Assembly: GCA_030390025.1 (NCBI GenBank)
Contig: CM059437.1
Location: 18,912,001 to 18,976,000, forward strand
Origin: Squalus acanthias
Lineage: Eukaryota
DNA length: 64,000 nucleotides
Reading direction: 5' to 3'
The notes under the pieces are model-generated. The model searched no databases, was not told the origin of the DNA, and saw only the letters and a program-made list of their open reading frames with translations. A program made the position numbers and the translations under genes. This document shows, one piece after another, positions 1 to 12,850 of this stretch; position 1 is the first letter of the stretch; each line of letters begins with the position of its first letter.

Positions 1-496
1 CATTTTCCAATCCTCTCTAGCTACAGGTGTGGTGACGGAGGACTGGAGGACTGCTAACGTTGTACCGTTGTTTAAAAAGGGAGAAAGGGATATATCGAGT
101 AATTATAGGCCAGTCAGCCTAACCTTGGTGGTGGACAAATTATTGGAAAAAATTCTGAGGGACAGTATTAATCGTCATTTAGAAAGGCACTGATTAATCA
201 AGGACAGTCAGCATGGATTTGTTAAGGGAAGGTCATGTCTGACTAACTTGATTGAATTTTTTGAGGAGGTAACAAGGAGGGTCGATGAGGGTAACACATT
301 TGATGTAGACTACATGGATTTTAGCAAGGCATTTGCCAAGGTCCCACATGGCAGACTGGTCAGAAAAGTAAAAGCCCATGAGATCCAAGGGAAAGTGGCA
401 AGTCGGATCCAAAATTGGCTCAGTGGCAGGAAGCGATGGGTGTTTTTGTGACTGGAAGGCTGTTTCCTTCTGTGCCATAAACTTCTATGATTCTAT
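1..496 (+). mobile_element. CR1 LINE fragment (RT region joined to the 3' tail)
   Basis: ORF 248-451 reads EFFEEVTRRVDEGNTFDVDYMDFSKAFAKVPH (CR1 RT motif); the fragment ends in a (TTCTATGA)n-type tail at 483-496. Confidence 0.85.
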
Positions 497-2269
497 GGTC
501 GCGATTTCCCCGACCTCGGTAGGTTCAGTGCGGCCGGGGTTGGTGGCGGGTCCCGACCCCGCTGCTGGCTCCAACCCGCTCTGTAGAATGATTTTCCCCT
601 GATTGCGCTTGTTAAGTCCACGCAGCGCATTTGCCGGCCAATTGAAGGAAGCGGGTCTGATGACGTCACTTGATGACGCATCATCAGCCGGTTTCCTTAA
701 AGGGACCATGCGCAAATTGATTTTGACAGTTGTGCTGTCAGTGTTCTACAGCATTGAGGTGCTGCAAACACTGACAAGCACTGCACAGAGGTGCACGGCT
801 GCACCCAGGCTCTCCCATGACTCCCTCCATATGCTTATGGAGGGAGTCACAGCACACAAGCAGGTCCTCTTCCCTTCCATGGGCGGAAGAGACCTCCCCA
901 GGAGATCAACGCAGCCTGGTTGCACATTTCACAGGAGGACACAAGCAGGGATGTCATCAGGACGACTAGGCTGCAGTGGCGCAAACCTTTCAATGATCTC
1001 AATAGATCACGAAACGTTATTGCAAAGCCACACTCAACCTCATCCTGCTGTGCCACTCATCACATCCCCATCACTCTGCCTTCCCTACCCTACTCCTGCA
1101 CATCCTTACTCACACCAACTTACCTTGCACCTCCACCCATCCTGCTCTATCTACATTATCACTTCCCCATCTCACTAGCCACCCCTCACACGCACCCTCA
1201 TCCTAGTCCAATCATACCAACTAACAACACACAAGGATAGACACTTGTGTGTTTTAGCCAATGTTCATGTGAAGTTTCTGTTAATGTGCTGTCAAACATT
1301 GAAATCTTTATTTTCAACACTTTGCGTTCTTGGACATATTCCTGTGCACCTTTGGAAGTGGCTTAGTGAGTTGCAGTGAATGGTGAGAGATAATGGTCCC
1401 CCCCCCCTACAATGATCATGAGTGTAAAAGGAATGGCTTTGGCATTGTAGGGATGCTTCATGGTGTTGGTGTGGGGTGGTGCCAACCTGGCGCATCATGT
1501 GGCAGCCAGGGTGTACAGCGTCAAGTGAAGTAAATCTGGCTATGGTGAGGCCATCCCTGGCCTTCCAGGCAGTAATATGCTCGGGTGCTGATGCCCTCTG
1601 TCCTGCGCAGCATCAGTTGATTGCGGAGAAGGTTGGTGTTGTTGTTGATGCTGCTGGTGTGCCTGGTGCTGCTGGTGTCGGGGCTGATCGTGGTGGGATT
1701 CTGAGGACCAAGGTGAGATAGTTTCAAGGGCACCAATGCTGATGTAATAGATGGCAGGTGAAGTTGAGATGACAGAAGCAATCTGTCAATGGTGAGCGAG
1801 GTTGTTCCAATGAGGTGACACTGAATACAGAGTTTACTCCAAACACTTGCAACCTGCATAAAGCTCAATCTGTCTTCCAAATGCAGTAAGCAACAGCTTC
1901 TGAGCTTGGAAAGGGAGCTTTTATAGCACATTTGCAGCTGTCAAGTAAAGAGATCATTTCATGGTAACACAACTCCCGACCTCCTTACCTGATATGATCC
2001 CCGAGCAGCGTAGACCCCGTGGGCAACCTCATAAGATTTAAAGGTGAGCTCAAAAAAACATTTTAAGTGGCTCTTAACAAGGTCATAATGATTTGAATTT
2101 CCTCCCCTGCCACTGCGTGTCGGGTCTGTTCAGCGTTGACAGACCCGTCATCTGGGAAAGTAGCGTGGCAGCAGGTTGACAGCGGGTTCCTGACCCGCGT
2201 CAAAAAGAAAATTTTTCCCACCTGACCCGCCACCAAACGCGCCCGCTGACCCCCCGAAAAATTCCCCCC
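497..2269 (+). mobile_element. Degenerate non-autonomous Harbinger-like element with a Myb/SANT relic
   Basis: TAT duplicated at 494-496 and 2270-2272; right end AAAAATTCCCCCC; relic peptides AAPRLSHDSLHMLMEGV..VLFP and RTTRLQWRKPFNDL at about 790-1010 resemble the Myb protein at 41763. Confidence 0.65.
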
Positions 2270-3370
2270 TATGATTCTATACAACTTTATATTGGGTACT
2301 CTCAATGGTTTCAAAGTCATCCTTGTAAACGTGCAGTTACCTCAAAACAATTTTGACCAACTGCTCTCGAGCTTCATCTCATCAAACTCCTTTGCTTGTC
2401 AATCAAGAGATTAATTTAAAAGTTACAGGAGAATAAATAATAAACTTGCCTATGTGAAGAGGAATGTCACAATTTTCAGCCCATGGGTATATTGTGGACT
2501 CCAGGCCTAGGCACAGTGATGGGCTTGAAATTAATCAAACTATATCTTGGTCAGTCGAGATAAAAGTAAAAAAAAGTGCAAATGCTGATTAAAAACAGAA
2601 AGAGATGCTGGAGGTGCCCAGCAGATCCGTTAATATTTGAGGCTAGAAATTCTGACGGCACCACTGGGCCACCACACATGTGGGACTTCCACCCACCCGT
2701 CAGTCCCCACCATGACCCTGTCCCAAATCTGCAGATAGGGTCATTTGCATATTAGCGACAGTCATCCGCACCAGTCGCCACACTCTAAAGGCGACTTATA
2801 GTCGCAGATCTGGCAGGACTTCCGAGCGGCTCTTTGCTGCTCCATAGGATGTGGCCACAGGCCAGTCTGGCCAAAGAGGGAGACTCTCTGTTGTTGCTCC
2901 CTCAATGGTAGGCCCCGTATTGAGATGGCAATTGATCCCTCTGGGATTGATTGCTGTTTGAATACTGTATAATGGGACCCACATAGGGCCCTGTACAACA
3001 TGTACACCTGCTTCCTACAGGTGAATGTGCCACTGGCCATATGTGTAACTTAACTGGCGGGATCTATATGGGAGCCCATGATCCTATTAGTCACGGCCCC
3101 AAAAATGACAGTAGGACAGGCTGCAGACAAAGGAACCGCATGTTCCCCCGTCACTACCCACTGCCCAGAAGTTTCTGATGGAGTGAGAAAGGGGCAGAAA
3201 CCCAACAGAGTTTCGCCCCAATTTCTGTCTGAGATGGCTGATTCCTGCTCCAAAAAGGAGCAGAAGTTCCAGGGTCCTTAGAACAAAGGTCTCCAACGGA
3301 AACATTTACTTGTCTTTTCTCTTTTTTAAATATGCGTACTTCCAGTATTTTCTCTTTTTATTTTATATCT

Positions 3371-4790
3371 GCATTTAAGAAGGGAGATAGAACATGTCCA
3401 GGGAACTATAGACCAGTCAGCTTAACATCGGTGGTCGGAAAAATAATGGAATCCCTATTAAAGGAGAAAATAGAAGAACATCTAGAAACAAAAAATATAA
3501 TAATAAATAGTCAGCATGGATTTCAAAAGGGAAAGTCTTGCTTGACCAACTTCATTGAATTTTTTGAAGAGGTAACAGAGAGAGTAGACAAGGGTAATGC
3601 AGTAGATGTAATTTATCTAGATTTTCAAAAGGCCTTCGATAAGGTACCACATAATAGACTAATGAATAAGGTCAGAGAATGCAGAGTCAGGGACAAGTAG
3701 CAGAATGGATAGCTAGCTGGCTTCAAGACAGAAAGCAGAGAGTAGGGGTAAAGGGTAGCTATTCATAGTGGCAGAAAGTGGCTAGTGGTGTTCCACAAGT
3801 ATCAGTGCTGGGACCACTGTTGTTCACAATTTACATTAACGGTTTAGACCTTGGAATCAAAAACACAATTTCTAAATTTGTGGATGACCCCAAATTGGGG
3901 GGGGATAGTCAATACTGAGAAGGACTGCAACAAATTACAGGAGGACATTAATAAACTTACGGAATGGGCACATAATAATTGGCAAATGAATTTCAACACA
4001 GATAAATGTGAGGTATTACATTTTGGTAGGAAGAATAGGGAGGTCACTTATTACTTGGAGGGTGCGAGTCTGGGTGGGGTAGAGGAGCAAAGGGATCTCG
4101 GAGTACAAATACACAAATCACTAAAAGTAGCGACACAGGGTAACAAGGCCATAAAAAAAGCAAACCAAGCACCCAGGTTTATTTCTAGTGGGACAGAATT
4201 GAAAAGTAGGGAAGTTATGCTAAACCTGTATCGAACCTTGGTTAGACCACACTTGGAGTACTGCGTACAGTTCTGGTCACCATATTATAAAAAGGATATA
4301 GAGACACTGGAGAGGGTGCAGAGAAGATTTACAAGGATGATACCAGAAATGCGAGGGTATACCTATCAGGAAAGGATGAACAGGCTGGGTCTCTTTTCTC
4401 TTGAAAAGAGAAGGCTGAGGGGTGACCTAATAGAGGTCTTTAAACTTATGAAAGGTTTTGATAGAGTAGATACAGAGAGAGTGTTTCCACTTGTGCGGAA
4501 GAGCATAACTAGAGGCCATCAATATAAGATAGTCACCAAGAAATCAAATAGGGAATTCAGAAGAAACTTCTTTACCCAGAGAGTGGTGAGAATGTGGAAC
4601 TCACTACCACAGGGAGTGGTTGATGCGAATAGTATAGATGCATTTAAGGGGAGGCTAGATAAGCATATGATGGAGAAGGGAATAGAGGGTTATGCTGATA
4701 GAGTTAGGTGAGGAAAGACGGGAGGAGGCTCGAGTGGAGCATAACCGCCAGCATGGACTGGTTGGGCCGAATGGCCTGTTTCTGTGCCAT
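3371..4790 (+). mobile_element. 5'-truncated CR1 LINE (RT and 3' UTR), disrupted
   Basis: ORFs 3332-3700 ([22 protein letters not shown]) and 3851-4711 (RPHLEYCVQFWSP, RRLRGDLIEVFK); flanked by a 42-bp direct repeat. Confidence 0.92.
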
Positions 4791-4895
4791 AATATGTGTA
4801 CTTCCAGCATTTTCACTTTCTATTTTATATCTTGGTCAGTACTGCTTTATTAATTAATTCTGTGTGATGTCTTCAAATAAGTTATTTGTGTTATT

Positions 4896-5661
4896 GGCCC
4901 GAAAATTAGACCTAATGCGGGAGAGTACGCACTGTGTACTCTCGCGTATTAGGTCCCGAAGTGCCGGTTTCCTGCATGCACTGCGCATGCGCGGGAAACC
5001 GGCACTTCGGGTATTGCAAAGGGGGCGGTTCCTAAGTGAACCGCGTGCGCACTACAGGTTGTGCGCACGCAGTGCACTTAGTTTTTTTTTCAGCTTTGAA
5101 CGCGCAGGTAAGTGTTGAAGATTTTACACATAAAGAAAGCAGGCGTAAGACCCCCTTTTAACAAGGTAAGTAGTTAATTAAGTATTATTTTAAAACATTT
5201 TCAACAGGTTTATCTTTTTTAGAGACTTTAAAGAAAGGTAAGTTTATTTTTATAACTTTTAAAAAGAATTTAAATTTTTTCAAAAATTTAAATTTTTGTT
5301 TAAAGTGGTTAATTTATTTAACTATAGTTATTTTATTAATGTATTGGCTTTTTTTTTTAATTTAATTGAGGTTTAGCTGTTCTTTTGGGGGCTTGTTGTA
5401 TTCATAGCTTTGACAGCTCTTGCTGTCAAAACTATGAATGAAAGATGGTGTGCTGCCATTGGCTCTAACTGGCCCACGTGATCCCAGAGGTCGCATCGAA
5501 TTAACTGCGCCTCTGGGACACACACACACTGCGCGCCGGCACCAGGGAGAGGCCCAGGAACTGAAGTTCGTGTGGGCCCGAACCATAAAGGTAGGCGCGG
5601 AGTGCGATATCGCGGGGGATCCTTACCCCCGCGGCAACCATCGAACTCCAATTTCTGGGCC
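4896..5661. mobile_element. Harbinger-type MITE (family B)
   Basis: TIRs GGCCCGAAAATT / AATTTCTGGGCC; TSD ATT (4893-4895, 5662-5664); AT-rich core; paralog at 32115-32858. Confidence 0.8.
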
Positions 5662-8600
5662 ATTATTTTGAATTGACCGGACAAGAACATTTACTTGTTA
5701 CATGGTCAGACTGTAAAGGTGATTTGTAGTGAGCTGTCTTTTGTTTTCCCAGTGAGAACATTGACAGGCAAAAGCTCTCCTGACCTTTCACAGAGTGTTA
5801 GTCAGAGACTCATCACTGCAGGATTTGAACTTCAAAAGTCAAATTGATCTTTGTACCCTCCAAATATTAACGCCATAAATCTCTTTCTTACAAAGAGCAA
5901 CTTAAATGAGAAAATGTATGTCCTATTTAGTACCAAGAGCACACAGCAAAGAGAGAGCATTTCAATGCACAGCTATTGTATTCTAAAGAGTGCTATTAGT
6001 CATATTGAAAATAATACAGCTGAGATTTGTTTCTAGATCACTGTAATTGAAAACAGGCCTGAAAAGCTGCAGTTTTATAGGCTGATCTGCAAGTTGAGCT
6101 GTTTTGTGCTTCCATATATGGAATCATTATGTCATGTCTTTAAGCTGGTGCTTTTACCCAATTGGCATATGTGGGTTGAAATTGGGCCTCTCTGCCTTGT
6201 TTTTACCGCAGTTAAAAGCCCAGATCTCAAGTTTGTTACTCTGTCAGTATTAAATGCACAATTTTACAATCCAATCCTAATGGTGACCTACATGGTGGGG
6301 GCAGGAACTGGTTTGCGGCTTGAGTGATGTCTCTGTCAGTATTAAATATAAGGAAAGCCTCAAACCGTTCTGGTTTAGTGATTTAGAAATGACATGCCGG
6401 AAAGGAACATATGGCATCACATTTACTGCTTTCTGAGAGTCCTAATCCTGTAGGCTGCTCGAGCAGGGACACAGAAATGACTAACAACCAGCTTGATCAT
6501 CCCTGTACTATAGCCTGCGATGAGGGTTTACACTTCAACAAAGAACTGAAGTGCTGGGGCCTCACTGAATCAGAGCCAGCACAAGTGCAGTCCAATATAA
6601 TTTTGGTTGAGCTGTACTGAGGTACTCAGTTGTTATTTTCATTCTGAGAGGAACTAAAATGAGTTAGGATGCAGCCACAAACCTGGAAATTATGAACTAT
6701 AAATGTGCATGTTATGTGGCTCCGTGCTGGGTGTAGTATTTCATCCCAGCCACGTTCCTCCAAATGTTACCAGCATTCTCTTTTTTTTAAAAATGACATA
6801 AATAAATAGAAAAAAAAGGTTGCAACAGTTAATCAGTTCTATATGACAAGATTTTTTTTAAAGTTCTGGCCATTCAATATGAGAGGAAATTTGGACCAAA
6901 ATAGTTAAACAGCAATTTTCAGCCTCCTCAGTGGTTCTGATATGGAACAGAGTTAAACAAAGCAGGAGATCCCGCTGTACATTTTCAGTAATATGAGCAT
7001 TGCCAGCTGATATCAGGGAACAGAACCAACAGGAGCAACAATTTATTGCACTGTTCAGCCATCGTAAATGGGCGATTTCAAATAAAAACGATGAATGGAT
7101 GAATAGTGTAATACGTACAGTAATAAGGGTTGTGTTTTCCCTTTGACAGGTCATTTCAGATGAGTGAATTGAGGGATGCTCCTCCTCTGCACAGAGCAAC
7201 AAGTGCACTCATTCAGATGTCATTAAATAATAGCTTGACTCATTGGATTACATGCAGAGACTTTAGAATGGAAATAAAAACCCACTTACGATCTCGAGAG
7301 CAGCGAGCCTGTTTGACAAGAGTTGGCGACTGGAATTTATCATAGCAGAAACCACGTTACACGTTGCATCTCACTTGACTTCTCGGGATCCCTGGGGAGG
7401 TAAACAATGGGTGTGGCAGCACCATACATTTATATTAAATAAGTGTTTCCCCGCTGGGTGAAAGGGCTCTTACTCCTCTGGACGTAAGTTCTGTTAGTCG
7501 ATCACTATTGCTGCAGGAGTGTGACCATGAGGGTTAAAATCACACAGTGCAATATTAGTAACAAATACGTTAATGTGTTCATAGAAAACTCCTTCATCTT
7601 GTATTTTAATTGGGGCAATGCCTCACTTAAAATAGTAGACAGAGAGAAAGTTCATACAAATGTGTTAACTTGCTTGTTTAGCAATATCACACAGAACAAT
7701 TTCAACCCATAAGTATCTTTGCATATCTTTCTTGTGTAAAGAGAATGAAAATATCTAAATGCCTGACTAACAAATAACTGGGCAGTCAAAAAGCAGTGCA
7801 GGCACTATTTAACTATTCTATTGCATGTGCATGTGGAGTCATCTTCCTTTCCTTTATTTTGTCATTGAGATCTCTTCAGGTTGTCCCTATGCAGCTGCCA
7901 CAATAAGTGGGTTCAAAACATCTACGTAGGAGGGTAAGCTTGTTGTGGGAGAGTAGGAACAGCCTGGGACAATGGTGGACAGTTCTTTACTTTCCAGCTT
8001 GTGAAAGCACCACCAGTATCAACAAAAGAGTTGCATGAACTGACAGGACCATGGTTATCAGATTCATTCAACAAAAACAGCATTCAATTGGATACTGAGA
8101 GGATGAAATTCCTCCTACCAATCATTTTAGTAAAATGCCACGCCTTAAGCGAGTTATTACATTAGGGATCTTCAATGTGCAGTCAAAGTGTGCAAGAGAG
8201 TTTATAATGTGGGCCTTCTAAATACTTCCTCAAACTTTTCTTGCATTTGAGTCAAATTAAGGAATGCACTTAAAGGGGCATCATCACTCTTCTGGGAGAT
8301 TTCAGGCAGGCAAGTCCATGGAACAGACAAGAACAGACAATTAATACTCTGTTTTGGAGACACCCTACTGGCCATTTAGAATGCTTGCACTCAGACTCAT
8401 GTGACTGTTGAAGCCCAGCCCTTTCTGATACATATTTTATAGGATCGTGCTGATTTGTTTTTTAACATACTGTAAGCATTTTTAATTTTAGATACAAGCT
8501 TGGTGATTTGGATGGATGGACATACAAATGCTAATGTAAAGTTTTGCCAAACAACTTTTACAGCTTTTGCGGATCGGGTTCCTTATAATTATTTTTGTGG

Positions 8601-9115
8601 ACTGTTCATTTTCATCATATTTATCTGACTATCAGTTAAAGAATATCCTTATTAAACAAACGTTTGAGATTTTTCATCACTTCAATCAAGCTCTACCCAG
8701 CATTCAGTAATACTTCTCCAAACTATCATTATTGACGATACTACACCAGACCATGTCGTCTGTAAGTTTCAAAACTTTTACCTTCCCAGTTTTTCATGAT
8801 TGCCCATATGTGAGCTATTTAAAATGGTGCTGCTCCCAGTGATGCCACATCGATCTCAGGATAGAAGGGCGTGACTACATTTTTTTGTTTTTCAAAACCC
8901 AACTGAAGATCTGAAAAGTCTTTTCCTTTCAAAAGCAAAGCACAAGAATGAATTCACTCGAAAATATAAACAATTTAAAAGGAAGACAGTCATCCCAAAA
9001 TCATATAACATTTTTCTAAAGAAAAAGCCATGGAGCAATGGATAAGACTATAATATGCGCCAAGAGACAGTCCAGTATTTTGCATTACACACCCACTCGT
9101 CAGTTTTCTGACCAA

Positions 9116-9134
9116 CGCTGCCATCTAGTGGCTA
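9116..9134 (-). promoter_or_regulatory. Candidate CTCF-binding site
   Basis: Minus strand TAGCCACTAGATGGCAGCG matches the CTCF core CCASYAGRKGGCRS and lies in non-repeat sequence. Confidence 0.55.
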
Positions 9135-9799
9135 CAGATACTAAAGATGCTCATGGTGGGGTTGTGTGTCAAAGAAAAGCTCTGAATGCATAACATTAGC
9201 ATATTATCAGAAGATTGCCATTATACTATTTGTGCTATTTGTATTAATGCCTAACACCAAAACTAAAGCACCATCCCACGGACCACAACACCAACACAGT
9301 TTACTCATGAAAAGCAGTGTTGGTGAATGAATATTTATTCATGTATAAGAGTCACGACAGTAGTCCAGGGAGTTAAAAAGAAAGTTTATACGGTGCTTTA
9401 ATTGTTCTTTTAAGGAAAATAAATGTTCAAAACAGCACAATGGCTATTTTACACTTAAGATATAATAGGGTATCAATTTATGTCTAATTAATGGGAGGAA
9501 ATTTAGCAGGTTAACAAAAACAAATACAACAAAATTCAGTGTGTAGGTTAACCATTAATGTTGCTGTAATAACCTGTGAACAGGGAAGCGAAGTGACTTA
9601 AGCTCCAGTGTGAATCTGCGAGTTTCTAATTTCAACAGATTTTAGTCACAAGACCAATGGCCTCCCACAGTCCATTGTCCTGCTAATGTTTTGTTGCAAT
9701 TCAAATGTAGGATAAACTTGGTTTCCAATTGATTTTAGTATTTGAGCAGACTTTACCCTGGCGACAACGCATTTTTATGGCATTACAATCAGATATATT

Positions 9800-9888
9800 G
9801 GGGGTAATTTTGACTTCGGCCGATCGTGTAAAACGGGCGATATTGGATCACCCAGTTTACACTATCTCCCAAAGGCAAAATTATCCCC
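9800..9888. mobile_element. 89-bp minimal Harbinger-type MITE
   Basis: 13-bp TIRs GGGGGTAATTTTG / CAAAATTATCCCC (1 mismatch); TSD ATT (9797-9799, 9889-9891). Confidence 0.7.
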
Positions 9889-11429
9889 ATTGCCACCACA
9901 GAATTTCTGTTCATCATTAGTGTTCACAGACTGAGTGACTGAGAGCGAAATCCATCTTAGTTCACAACTAAGATGGAATTTGGGGGCAAAAAGGTCCAGG
10001 TGCAATTTTCATAACGTTCTGGAATTAAAACTAACCAATGATATTTAGAGCAAGTTAAAGTTGGAATTACCTCTAACTGATTCTAACAGTGCAAACACTG
10101 CCCTCTCAAAACACTCTTTAAAATGTCAATACTGACAACTTTCATACTCCTGGCCCCTTTTGCTCATTAAGCAAACATGCCTATCGGCACGCAGTAAGGA
10201 AACTTGCTGACAATCATGGATGAAAACAAAATACTAAAGAGCTGCATACCATGGAGCACTTCAGAGTTAAAAGGTGACACGTTTCGCCATTTGACTTTGA
10301 CAAATATTCAAATCCTCGGTTGCTTTAGCTTAGATTTCTCTCTGGCCTCCAACCTGACGAGCTGCATTTGTCTTCTCCTAAAATGGGCCAAGGACCTTTG
10401 GTGATCATGATTAGCATTCTAGAATATGAGACGCGGGCCAAGCTTGTCCACCCCTCAGCCAAGCCTTTGTTGTTTGCGAGTTGGTTATTAATTTGGATAT
10501 TTTCAGCCAGTGGTGCCCAGTGGATGCGGATATAATTCTGGGCCCAAATGTTGCTTCAGGCCATTTTAAAACTTCTTCCCCTACATAAAAACAGCCACTG
10601 AATTTCAAAAAAGTAATCCATTGGTTGTAATGTGCTGTGGGATGTCCCTGAGAGAGTGACAAGGTGCTATATATAAGTGCAAGTGCTTTCTCTCTACAGC
10701 AGTTAGGCCTCTGTTTGCCCATTAAGTTACGTGGTGTTTTGTCTGCCATTTCCAGGCTGGCTGCCAATAAAAATGTCGGATTTGTTAGAAAGGATTAAGT
10801 GGCTCTTTACCAAATTCCTCAGGTCATTAATTTGCATGGTGTCAACTTGAATTTGATTGGACCGTTAAATTATCTGCCAATGGATTTATTGTTGTACCTC
10901 AGTGAAATGTGCCACATTAGCATTGATGGTAATTCTGCTGCTTTCCTCTCAGTTAACTGATACTTACGACCATGCGTAAGTGGTAGACAGAATACTTATG
11001 GTTCAGGGGTGAGTACCAGTAGTGTTGGGGTCACATAAAAGGGTAGATTTTCTGATATCCTCTCAATGGGAGGTGAGGTACCTCCTTCAGGATGAGGACT
11101 TGTAAAATCTACTCTATAAAGTTTAAATTCATGTTTCCCATTAATATGTTTATATCTCTAAAGTTGCTGATACTAATTGATCTTTGTGTTCTGATTTCAA
11201 GATTTACCCACCAATGACGCAACAGTGCTAAGAATAGCCCTTTCCAAACCTTCAGCCCCACATAATTCAAATGGGACAAACCAGCGAGTAAGAAATATAA
11301 CTGCAATAGGACTTAGTTCCCTGGGTTTCAAGAATCAGAATTCAGGGGCTCGGGGCTGCATGTGGCCCACAAGCTGAAGTTCAGATACCCCTGCTATAGT
11401 AGTATTATACTGACTGACTGCTTAATTGA

Positions 11430-11702
11430 GTTTCTGACCCATATCCTCTCCATCATAAAAACCGCCTACATCCATCTTCATAACATTGCATGCCTCCACT
11501 CCTGCCTCAGCTTACCTGCTGCCGAAACTCTCATTTGTGCTTTTGTTATGCACAGACTTGACTATTCCAATGCTCTCCTGGCCGACCTCCCATCTTCCAT
11601 CCTCCATAAACTTGAACTCATCCAAAACTCTGCTGCCCGTATCCTAACTTGCACCAAGTCCTGTTCACCCATCATCCCTGTGCTCGGTGACCTACAATGG
11701 CT
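11430..11702 (+). mobile_element. L2 LINE RT C-terminal fragment
   Basis: Translation HLHNIACL..AAETLICAFVMHRLDYSNALL..LELIQNSAARIL is typical of L2 ORF2. Confidence 0.8.
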
Positions 11703-11749
11703 CACCAACACCATCGGACAAAGTCAGGATCTTCTCCATTGCGTGTGTA

Positions 11750-12593
11750 GGGGGGAATTTTGCCAGCCCTGGGGAGGTGGGTTTGGAGGTGGGACTGCCA
11801 GGAAAATGGCAGAAACTGGGAGCGGGCACCGAACCTGCCCCCAACCCGCCTCCGTGCCATCTTCCCGGGAGGCGGGTCCCAGACTCGCGCAGGGACCCGC
11901 CTCCTCGAGGCAGGAAGGGGATTACAGCCACATAATTGCCTGTTAACAGCTAGTTAACAGGCAGTTAAGAGGCTTATCCCCATTTTACCCACACAAGTGC
12001 GGGCTTCCCGACGTCGGGAAACCCCGCCAGGGTCAGCGAGGCGAGCAGTGGGTCTGCGGGGGTGAGTGGGGTCAAAAAGTGCGCTGTGGAGGAGAGTGAT
12101 GGGTGCAAGTGTGGAGAGGTAAATATGGGAGGTGAGTGAAAAGTGTTAGAAAAAGTTTCCTTACCTTTGTTTCTTCCTGCAGGCTTCAACCCTTGGGGAT
12201 CCGAGACTCCTCATCTCCACGGCAGAGATGACAGAATGGCTGCTGCATTCTCCGATGCAACAGCCATCTGATTTCTGCTCATGAAAGAAGTTTGGTAAGT
12301 CTTGAGTACAAGAACTCACCATAGAACAGAGAATGTTACTGTTTGTCAGCTTCTTAGAGCTGTCAAACGATGACAATTCATCTGTCAAAAATTTTTGACA
12401 GATGAAACGTCATACGCTGACATTCTCTGTAACCGGCTTTCCCTTAATTGGCCTGCTAAGCCCGCTGGGCGGGCTTAACAAGGTCAATCAAGGGAAAATA
12501 GCGTGGGTTGGCCAGACGTCATTGGGGGCGGGACTGAAACCCGACAACCAGCAGTCCCGCCCCCAACGCGCCCCCATTGATAAAATCTAGCCC
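11750..12593 (-). mobile_element. Harbinger-type MITE related to the 497-2269 element
   Basis: Ends GGGGGGAATTTT / AAAATCTAGCCC; 12471-12500 is the reverse complement of about 590-619; flanks GTA / ATA. Confidence 0.6.
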
Positions 12594-12599
12594 ATATAG

Positions 12600-12850
12600 T
12601 CCAGGTGGAGCCCAGGTTTGATCTCTGGTCTGTGCTGAGTTAGCTGACCTCATCCAGAATGGTGGTAGGGGCACAACAACTTCCCTCAGCACCTCTGAGC
12701 TAGGGAAAAGTTGGTCAGGTTTACCACTCCAGCTGGATGTCGAACTATCCCTACTCTAAGTTCATGTGTGAGGACACTGGACAAGGACAGAATTGGCCTC
12801 AGCTGTGATGTCCCCTCATGGATCAGTTAGCCTGGTGACACTCATTCTTC
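12600..12850 (+). mobile_element. Old tRNA-derived SINE, LF-SINE-like
   Basis: GGTTTGATCTCTGGTCTGTGCTGAGTTAGCTGA head; similar decayed copies at about 17280-17600 (+) and 21820-22080 (-). Confidence 0.4.
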
